24,000 bases of DNA, taken from contig CAXXWF010000001.1 of assembly GCA_963665865.2 (NCBI GenBank), positions 3,299,077-3,323,076 of the forward strand, given 5' to 3'. Made by a program: the position numbers and the translations under genes. How positions within the stretch are numbered: position 1 is the first letter of the stretch; every line of letters begins with the position of its first letter. This DNA comes from Syntrophomonadaceae bacterium (GTDB taxonomy: Bacteria > Bacillota > Syntrophomonadia > Syntrophomonadales > Syntrophomonadaceae). Shown one piece after another: positions 17,772 to 24,000 of this stretch. The notes beneath the pieces are model-generated. The model was not told the origin of the DNA, made no database searches, and saw only the letters and a list, made by a program, of their open reading frames with translations.

Positions 17772-18574
17772 GTCACTGTAACTCCGGTATAGTTTGCCGC
17801 AGGGCTATCCTTGAAAAAGATCAGCTCGTAAACTGCCGCCTTATTAACAGTAGTCATTATGGTTCTGGTGGTAAGGTTGATGCTGTTGGCGTTTATCACT
17901 ATCGGGTTGGTCATGTCAGGGGATGCTCCAATCGGCCAGCTGATGGTAACCGCTCTGGTCAGTGCAGCGCTGCTGTCGTTCTCCAAGGTTACGGTCAGCC
18001 TGGCCAGGGGTGCACCTGCATTGGAATCGATTGCATAAGCAACCGCCGGCTTTATAACAAAATTCCCTTTCAGGGTTTTTGCGTAGGGTGAGGTGGAGAC
18101 CGCAGTCACCGTAACCGACAAAGGACTATTTTTGTCAGCAGGTGCTGGAATCGTAAGATTTATGGTGGCTTCATTGCCCGGCGAGCCGCCTGCTGCGATG
18201 GTTCCGCTGGCACTGCCGCCTGAGGCAGTTGCAGTTACAGAATAGGATATGCTGCTGTCCGATATGTTCAGCGTACTGTCATAATTCCTTAGTTTGAAGG
18301 TTATAGTCGAGGCAGACTGCAAGTCATTGCAGAGATAATACGTGGGTATAGCTGATAAATTCGACCCCAGCAAATCGCTGGTGAAATAAAATTCAGCATC
18401 TGCGGTGGCGGTGTAGTTGTTCATAACCTGATCGTAAATATAGCTGGCCAAAACTGCCCCCGGATAAGAAATAATTAAAATAAAGGCTAGGATGAATACA
18501 GACATCTGCCTTTTCGTTCGTTTTTGATGCAAATTATTATATATGGGTGTAAACTTATTTTTCATCGTTAACAC
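17768..18574 (-). CDS. Secreted protein with FYFTSDL motif, component of the SipW/TasA-like cassette
   Basis: Signal/TM FILAFILIISYPGAVLAS then YTATADAEFYFTSDLLGSNLSAIPTYYLC. Stop overlaps the start of the GLUG gene. Confidence 0.75.
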   Translation of the reverse strand: MLTMKNKFTPIYNNLHQKRTKRQMSVFILAFILIISYPGAVLASYIYDQVMNNYTATADAEFYFTSDLLGSNLSAIPTYYLCNDLQSASTITFKLRNYDSTLNISDSSISYSVTATASGGSASGTIAAGGSPGNEATINLTIPAPADKNSPLSVTVTAVSTSPYAKTLKGNFVIKPAVAYAIDSNAGAPLARLTVTLENDSSAALTRAVTISWPIGASPDMTNPIVINANSINLTTRTIMTTVNKAAVYELIFFKDSPAANYTGVTVT

Positions 18575-18583
18575 CTTCTCTGT

Positions 18584-19123
18584 TTATAATTGAACGGCGC
18601 GCAGCCGAAGCTGTAAGTAATCTATTTCATTTTTGTATGTATAACTGTTAATGTTTGCCGGCCAAGCCATGGTAAGTATAAAAGAGCTGGTGGTTGCTAT
18701 ATTCGCAGTAAATTCCTGAGCCGCACTAACATATTGATAACTAGCAGGATGAGTGAGAGCAACCGGGGTACCTGCTTTGGTCAGAGAGTACTGCAGAGGA
18801 AGGTTGCCAGTAGTGTCCAGCTCCAGGGTATAGCTTTGACTATATCCACTTGCATTTCCACTGCCATCCTGGTTATTTACCGAGATGGTAATGGTTTTAA
18901 TGTCCCCGGGTTTCATACCCTCAATATTAATCGTACTGGCCTGCTGGTTCATAATCCAGGTGGAAAACACAACGGCAGGTATGGCAGTATTTTCTGGTCC
19001 CGTATTTTGAATTACACTGCTGAAACGAGAAAATGAAATACCAGTAATTATAAGGGATACCAAGAAGAGGTAGATTAAATACATATGCCATTTGGCCGTC
19101 TTTTTTTCGACAGGAGCTTGCAT
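18584..19123 (-). CDS. TasA/CalY-like (SipW-dependent) secreted subunit, 179 aa
   Basis: N-terminal TM LIYLFLVSLIITGISFSRFSSVIQ, body IPAVVFSTWIMN...GDIKTITISVNNQD...YTLELDTTGNLPLQYSLTK...FILTMAWP. Confidence 0.7.
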   Translation of the reverse strand: MQAPVEKKTAKWHMYLIYLFLVSLIITGISFSRFSSVIQNTGPENTAIPAVVFSTWIMNQQASTINIEGMKPGDIKTITISVNNQDGSGNASGYSQSYTLELDTTGNLPLQYSLTKAGTPVALTHPASYQYVSAAQEFTANIATTSSFILTMAWPANINSYTYKNEIDYLQLRLRAVQL

Positions 19124-19156
19124 TTTCTAACCCCTTTCCTGTGGCTGATGCTAATG

Positions 19157-20134
19157 TTAATTAGGTTGCATCTGCTCTCCGCTTATACGGAAAATTACCT
19201 GGACTAATGGTTTGGTATTTAAAGCATGGGCGGCAAAGGTATCATAATCATCATAGGCTCTTAAAAGAGAAGTATTACAGGCCTCCATAGCAGCATTCGC
19301 AGCCGCAGCCAGGCTGTTATAATAGCCAAAATCACCATCCGGCCATGTGCCATCCGGCTGCGGACTGCCATGCACGGTCAAATACGTATCGACTGCATTG
19401 AAAGCGGCTATACTCTGATCCTGCAAACCACCCGGAGCGTAATATACATTATAAGCTGCCTGGTAATAAGGAAGATACTTGCCACTGCCTATATTGGTAT
19501 CAGGATTCGGTGTTACCGTAGCAACGCCCGTGTCATTGATATAGAATGAGGTATTCCATTGCCATTGAATTGTGACGGTAACCTCATCAGTGCTGCCTGG
19601 TGAAAATGTCGGCTTTCCATCTGTTAAATCAAAAATGCTAAAATAGCCTTCCCCATCGCGGCTGGTATCCTGCAGCCTGAACCAATTGGTCTGAAATACA
19701 ATGGGTGGGCTGTCGGCTGCGCCCGAGTTCATGGCAGCACTCACTTTGAAAATAAAAGGTGCGTAAACATCTTTACCGCTATGAGTTGCAATAACTGCCG
19801 TATTCCCCGCCGAAGTAAGCTTAATTAATTCATTCGCATTCATTTCAATATTATAGGCAACGGCTACATCAGACCTGCCGCTCTTCAAGGAGAAGCTTTT
19901 CTCTCCCGAGTCCATTGGAGCAACAGTCTTGCCGTCAAACAAATTAAAGGTAAACCCTTTGTTATAATACTGCGTATCGGTTTCACCTTTGGCACTGAAA
20001 TTCCACTTAGCAATCAGGGCTGGGTCCGAGCCACTATATTCACTAGTATAACTTGCCGAAGTAGATGGGAAAATGGAAAAGCTAACCAGTGCCGCAACTA
20101 TCAGCAGTTGTAAACCTATTTTGAAAAGCTTCAC
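19157..20134 (-). CDS. TasA/CalY-like (SipW-dependent) secreted subunit, 325 aa
   Basis: Signal MKLFKIGLQLLIVAALVSFSIFPSTSASYTSEYSGSDPALIAKWNF. Shares YTSxYxGxDxALxAKW with the 217-aa protein. Internal VTVTIQWQW. Confidence 0.72.
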   Translation of the reverse strand: MKLFKIGLQLLIVAALVSFSIFPSTSASYTSEYSGSDPALIAKWNFSAKGETDTQYYNKGFTFNLFDGKTVAPMDSGEKSFSLKSGRSDVAVAYNIEMNANELIKLTSAGNTAVIATHSGKDVYAPFIFKVSAAMNSGAADSPPIVFQTNWFRLQDTSRDGEGYFSIFDLTDGKPTFSPGSTDEVTVTIQWQWNTSFYINDTGVATVTPNPDTNIGSGKYLPYYQAAYNVYYAPGGLQDQSIAAFNAVDTYLTVHGSPQPDGTWPDGDFGYYNSLAAAANAAMEACNTSLLRAYDDYDTFAAHALNTKPLVQVIFRISGEQMQPN

Positions 20135-20221
20135 TGGTCATCATCTCCCTTCTCCAACTATAAGTATTGCCGCCCCTGCCGTGATGCAAATTATTCAATC
20201 CCAAGCAGGATTCTCGCAATA

Positions 20222-20743
20222 TTAGTTTCTCTTGCGCTTTATTTCCTGATAAAGCTCTTCACCGTAAATGCAAAGGACTGCTATGATTAGCAACACTATC
20301 ATGCCAGTCGGGTTTTTAATAAATAAGATGGCCAACCCTATTTTCGGGATCCTAAAAAGCACTTTGCCTATAAATTGTTCAGCTGCCACTGTATCATCGG
20401 CAACATTGTTATTATCACCCTTAAGGATAAAACCGCCATTTTCTTCCCCAACAATGCGATGCGTGTAAGTCGTAGTGCCGACCATATAAGTAGCAATATC
20501 GCCCAGCTTATACTTTTGGGGAGCTTGCTCACGGATTACCACCACATCCCCGGGCATTATCGCTGGCTGCATAGAGCCGGACATAACAATGAGCGGTGCC
20601 ATACCCAAAAACTTGGGCACGGGGTTGTGGGTTACTGCCTTATTGATACCCAGGTAGAGATTACTTAATATCACCAGACCCAAAAATCCGACCAACCCAT
20701 ACTTCAAAAAGTTGATCAGTATTTTTTTCCACTTGTTTTGCAA
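20222..20743 (-). CDS. sipW: Signal peptidase I, SipW/archaeal-ER type (second copy)
   Basis: Catalytic Ser motif VMSGSMQPAIMPGDVV and His in place of the general-base Lys (YTHRIVG). GDNN motif and flanking TM helices. Confidence 0.9.
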   Translation of the reverse strand: MQNKWKKILINFLKYGLVGFLGLVILSNLYLGINKAVTHNPVPKFLGMAPLIVMSGSMQPAIMPGDVVVIREQAPQKYKLGDIATYMVGTTTYTHRIVGEENGGFILKGDNNNVADDTVAAEQFIGKVLFRIPKIGLAILFIKNPTGMIVLLIIAVLCIYGEELYQEIKRKRN

Positions 20744-20757
20744 GAAATCCCATCCTT

Positions 20758-21975
20758 CTATTTTCTCTGGGCCGAAACTATGATTGAAAGCGTACAGACT
20801 ACTTCATCAGCATGATTAGCGAAGCTATTATCGTTGATGCCGCCATCATCCCAGAACCATTCCAGGGTATATCCAGTCTTCATCGAATCGCTCATCACTA
20901 ACGGTACTGAGGAATCAGCAGTTACCGCCCGGATCTCTGCGGTTGTATGCCAGTTGCTGTCGCCATTTACATACGTATTGGTATTGTTATTCTGCAAACG
21001 ATATTTCATAGGGATGTTTAACGAGTTGTTGGTTTCTACCAGATCGATATCGTAATTAACCGCAAAGGGGTTGGCAGTATTATTCACCGTAAATTTATAC
21101 ACCCCGGTCATACCTGGAGCAATATGTTTGCCGCTCCCGAAAATGTTGATGTCGGTAGCTGGACTGGGAGCTTGATGGAAGTCATTACTATCACCCGTAC
21201 TATATACGGTAAGTGCCCAAGCTTGTGGCTGAGGGGGGATTCCACCACCGCCGCCACCGCCTCCCCCAAGAATATCAGGAGGAGGGTTGGGGATAACTGG
21301 CTGGGCTGGGGGCTCCGGAGTCAAAGGAATGCCAGGCTGCGGTTGCTCCCCCGGGTTATTACGTTCCAGCACATTAACCTGAGGACCTATAGTCAGGTGA
21401 CCATTAGGGAGTCCTGACCCGTCCTGTTCTATTTCCAGGACTACTTCCAGGGTTTTTACATCTACCCCTATCTCCAGTACGAAAGTATCCACCGATACTT
21501 GCACCAGAAGCGTATCGGCAATCTCCAGGTTGCGGTTTATGGTCACCTTGCACGAGGCTAACACTTGCCCGCTCTGGCTCAGCACGCTTATCGTGTGATC
21601 CCCATCCTCGACATTTTGAAATATAAAGTAGCCGTCACGGTCGGTATAGGTAGTCCTCGGCGCACTGCGCAGCTCCACCAGCCCAAAGGCGTATGGCGTA
21701 CCATCTTTGTAGACGACCCGGCCTTTAATAGTTATCTGCTTCTCAACCGGCACGATAACCTTATGAGGAGGGTAAATAAAGTTTCTAATTCTGTCCAGGA
21801 AGGGTACTCCTCGGTCTCCATCCCCAACTATGGGAAGGGTGGAAGATATGATAAAATCCGTCTGCCCGGTGCTGCTATCGCGGATTACACCGTAAACAGA
21901 CACGGCTATATATACAACAATCATGGTTATAATGGCAAGCAGTATCAGGTTCTTGCGGTTTTGCGCAATGTCCAC
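20758..21975 (-). CDS. Anchored protein: TM + carboxypeptidase-regulatory-like domain + Pro/Gly linker + C-terminal TasA-like domain
   Basis: N-terminal TM (LILLAIITMIVVYIAVSVYGV). ITIKGRVVYKDGTPYAFGLVELRSAPRTTYTDRDGYFIFQNVEDGDHTISV. Linker ...PPAQPVIPNPPPDILGGGGGGGGG. C-terminal NIPMKYRLQN...YTLEWFWDDG. Confidence 0.8.
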   Translation of the reverse strand: MDIAQNRKNLILLAIITMIVVYIAVSVYGVIRDSSTGQTDFIISSTLPIVGDGDRGVPFLDRIRNFIYPPHKVIVPVEKQITIKGRVVYKDGTPYAFGLVELRSAPRTTYTDRDGYFIFQNVEDGDHTISVLSQSGQVLASCKVTINRNLEIADTLLVQVSVDTFVLEIGVDVKTLEVVLEIEQDGSGLPNGHLTIGPQVNVLERNNPGEQPQPGIPLTPEPPAQPVIPNPPPDILGGGGGGGGGIPPQPQAWALTVYSTGDSNDFHQAPSPATDINIFGSGKHIAPGMTGVYKFTVNNTANPFAVNYDIDLVETNNSLNIPMKYRLQNNNTNTYVNGDSNWHTTAEIRAVTADSSVPLVMSDSMKTGYTLEWFWDDGGINDNSFANHADEVVCTLSIIVSAQRK

Positions 21976-22068
21976 GCTATCACCTCCGGTACGGCTTCCT
22001 TAAAGATAGCGCATTCGGTATGCGCTATCTTTAAGAGAGCCGCAGCTCTCTTATATGGTTAGATTAGC

Positions 22069-22722
22069 TTATATTGTTGCTGGTGCTACCTGTGTGGCTG
22101 TAACCTTAATCAGCAGATTATAGGTTGTGCGAGAACCTCCACCCGCGGAAGCAACGCCAAGTGCAGTATCGGTTGTATCGGTTGCGCCAGCTGTTGCAGT
22201 AGTTCCATCAAAAGCCCATCTCCAGTAAACGGTATGACTAGTGTTTCCGCCTGCTTCGGCAAGCTGAATACCCAGGCCGTTTAATGCAGTTTTCAATGCG
22301 GCATCACCATTCAATATAACGGCTGTCCCATCCGTAAAAGGCTTATCAATGCTGTACTCCATAGGGACATTAGCGCCTGTTTTAGTAATATCAAAGGTAA
22401 TATCCGCCGCAACGTCACTGTTGTTAGTTAGATTCAGAACAAAGTTGTCACTAATTCCAGGAGCAATGATTTTTGGAGTAGTTGTTAGGATATTTGTATT
22501 AAATGCGTGTGAAAATAAGTCAAGGTTCGCTACAGCCGGATCAATGGCAAAATCATGGGTACCCTCTTTAATAGCCAAGCTCCATTTGGCCACCAGGGCC
22601 GTATCCTGCCCAGCGTACACACTGGTGTACTTAGCGAAGGTTCCCGAAAGCATAACTGTTGAAATCAGACAGACTACTAAAAGCAGTCCCCCAAGTCTAA
22701 AAGTCTTTCCTGTAATATTCAT
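22069..22722 (-). CDS. TasA/CalY(camelysin)-like SipW-dependent secreted subunit, 217 aa; candidate major fibre subunit
   Basis: LLLVVCLISTVMLSGTFAKYTSVYAGQDTALVAKWSLAIKEG SipW-type signal region. NFVLNLTNNSDVAADITFDITKTGANVPMEYSID...YWRWAFDG. Confidence 0.82.
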   Translation of the reverse strand: MNITGKTFRLGGLLLVVCLISTVMLSGTFAKYTSVYAGQDTALVAKWSLAIKEGTHDFAIDPAVANLDLFSHAFNTNILTTTPKIIAPGISDNFVLNLTNNSDVAADITFDITKTGANVPMEYSIDKPFTDGTAVILNGDAALKTALNGLGIQLAEAGGNTSHTVYWRWAFDGTTATAGATDTTDTALGVASAGGGSRTTYNLLIKVTATQVAPATI

Positions 22723-22862
22723 ATTTTATCCCCCTTTATTTAATTCTCCTTATTTTTGCTTCGGTCGACGTGCGTTAGCTGCCGACCACCTCCCTTACCG
22801 TAATTTCCGTAATTTCCTTTCTTCTATCAAACCGTACTGCTAAATATCTATATATCAAGTTG

Positions 22863-23519
22863 TTAGCTTGGGAAGCTATCTTCCGTTGCTTCAGACTTGG
22901 TATTTTCCTTTTGGGCAGCTTTTAAAGCTGCCAGCTCAGCCTCGAGCTCGGCTTCACGACCGCCTTTTCTCTTACTGCGCCTATTGCGCGCTACCACATC
23001 ATAAACTATAAACAGGCAAAGCGGGGTTACCACAAATATCAGCATGCCTATAGGAGTCTGCAGGAACATGGCAAACCTGCCTACGCCGCCAGCCCGCCCC
23101 AGGTATATGCCCTCTAATGTATCAGCCTTTACCGCGGCGGCGTCAGCACCGGTATTGGCATCCCCTTTGGTTAAGAATGATATGTTGCCATTATCATTTA
23201 ATATATCGGTTACTCTATGTGTTATTACAGTATTCTTATCGGATCTAAAAGTGATAATATCGTTCTTAGCAACCTTATCTGCAGTAATCTCCTTGGTCAG
23301 CACAATATCTCCGGTCAAGATGGTTGGCTCCATTGAGCCAGATAAGACAATAAAGGGCTTATAGCCCATAAAGTCTGGTACCTTATCCGGGTAGAGGTAA
23401 GACTTAACAATCATGGTTCCATTAACGACAATAATCAAGGTTAGAAAAATACATACTGCAATACCAACGATGTTTAAAGTCTTTCTAAAAGTTGTGCTTT
23501 CGGATGTCCCATCTGCCAT
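22863..23519 (-). CDS. sipW: Signal peptidase I, SipW/archaeal-ER type (first copy, first gene of cassette)
   Basis: FIVLSGSMEPTILTGDIVLTKE, VITHRVTDI (His replaces Lys), GDANTGAD, C-terminal TM and charged tail. Confidence 0.93.
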   Translation of the reverse strand: MADGTSESTTFRKTLNIVGIAVCIFLTLIIVVNGTMIVKSYLYPDKVPDFMGYKPFIVLSGSMEPTILTGDIVLTKEITADKVAKNDIITFRSDKNTVITHRVTDILNDNGNISFLTKGDANTGADAAAVKADTLEGIYLGRAGGVGRFAMFLQTPIGMLIFVVTPLCLFIVYDVVARNRRSKRKGGREAELEAELAALKAAQKENTKSEATEDSFPS

Positions 23520-23552
23520 TTAGTCCGCCTCCATATTTTGCAAATTAAGCCC

Positions 23553-23579
23553 AAAAAGCCACCACATAAATGTAGTGGC
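23553..23579 (-). terminator. Expression-platform intrinsic terminator in the sipW leader
   Basis: Minus strand GCCACTACA-TTTA-TGTGGTGGC (9 bp, one G-U) followed by TTTTT. Located between aptamer and sipW start. Confidence 0.85.
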
Positions 23580-23643
23580 CGGTTGCGTCTCAAGCTACTG
23601 TAGGTCAGACGCCCAATTTACGCCCACAGATCATCGCTTCCAC
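23575..23643 (-). ncRNA. Cyclic di-GMP-II riboswitch aptamer
   Basis: Minus strand GTGGAAGCGATGATCTGTGGGCGTAAATTGGGCGTCTGACCTACAGTAGCTTGAGACGCAACCGGCCAC aligns by eye with the C. acetobutylicum c-di-GMP-II aptamer (GCGCGGAAACAAUGAUGAAUGGGUUUAAAUUGGGCACUUGACUC..GAGUUAGUAGUGCAACCGACCGUGC). Conserved GGAA, AUGAU, UAAAUUGGGC, GCAACCG. Stem GCGTCT/AGACGC. Confidence 0.88.
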
Positions 23644-23671
23644 ATTAATATCCTATTATTCTACCTAATAT

Positions 23672-23700
23672 ATAATGCCTTGCTTTGCAAAATATGTCAA
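23672..23700 (-). promoter_or_regulatory. SigA-type promoter for the riboswitch-sipW operon
   Basis: Minus strand TTGACA (23700-23695) - 17 nt - CATTAT. The -10 is weak, but TATATT-rich sequence follows. Confidence 0.5.
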
Positions 23701-23772
23701 TCTATTATTGGTTTTTGGGATGAGACAGGGGACGGTTCTGCTGCCTCCTTGCTCTGCACAATTCCCCTTCTT

Positions 23773-24000
23773 TTATTGTAAACATTTTTTCAGCCTATCC
23801 CTCTCTACCGGGCAGAGTAAATAGCCATATGCCCCGATTTCATGTGCATCCAATGCATAATTTCTATTATCGGAAATAAAAACAATCCGAATGTCGGGGT
23901 TCGTCTTTATCGCCCGGGCGGTTTTAAGCCCCGGTATTTGATCGTGTCCCAAACGAATAAAGCACCAATGAGGCGGGAACTTCCAGGTTCGTTTAATAAA
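23773..24000 (-). CDS. Response-regulator receiver-like domain protein, 5' end beyond window; receiver looks degenerate
   Basis: Manual minus-strand translation (75 codons + TAA): ...CFIRLGHDQIPGLKTARAIKTNPDIRIVFISDNRNYALDAHEIGAYGYLLCPVERDRLKKCLQ*. Matches the C-terminal half of a CheY-like fold. Confidence 0.75.
   Translation of the reverse strand, partial: FIKRTWKFPPHWCFIRLGHDQIPGLKTARAIKTNPDIRIVFISDNRNYALDAHEIGAYGYLLCPVERDRLKKCLQ

Noticed and set aside
21244-21268. CCACCACCGCCGCC tract as a phase-variable simple repeat
   Set aside because: It encodes a Gly linker with mixed codons and is not a pure short tandem repeat prone to slippage.
1-24000. tRNA, rRNA, transposase/integrase and phage gene search
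   Set aside because: No cloverleaf, rRNA segment, or recognisable recombinase/phage protein was seen in the window.

Overview
This is a Firmicutes-like (inferred) chromosomal window.

Left part: the partial end of a polyprenyl glycosylphosphotransferase (-); an ECF sigma factor with a zinc-finger/DUF4349 anti-sigma (+); an S8 protease with SLH domains and an SH3/copper-amine-oxidase-N/AMIN-like/amidase_3 cell-wall amidase (-); galE (+); a DUF1659/DUF2922 pair (+); an unknown protein with a faint ComK-like pattern (-); a VanZ-like protein (+); and a CNNM/CBS/CorC protein (-).

Most interesting part (about 14.1-23.7 kb): an eight-gene minus-strand cassette with two different SipW-type signal peptidases, at least four secreted or anchored proteins sharing TasA/CalY-like sequence patterns, a FYFTSDL-motif protein and a large GLUG-repeat adhesin. 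The adhesin has an apparent frameshift near its 3' end. The leader of the first sipW matches the c-di-GMP-II riboswitch by eye and is followed by an intrinsic terminator whose 5' arm overlaps the aptamer P1 strand, which predicts an ON switch. At the other end, a convergent 92-aa orphan ORF is preceded by a c-di-GMP-I riboswitch. Its terminator 3' arm contains the Shine-Dalgarno sequence, and the switch is tentatively OFF.

So two structurally unrelated c-di-GMP riboswitch classes bracket one surface-fibre/adhesin cassette. Small palindromic repeats are also present in the intergenic regions. All calls are manual readings, and no database or folding program was run.
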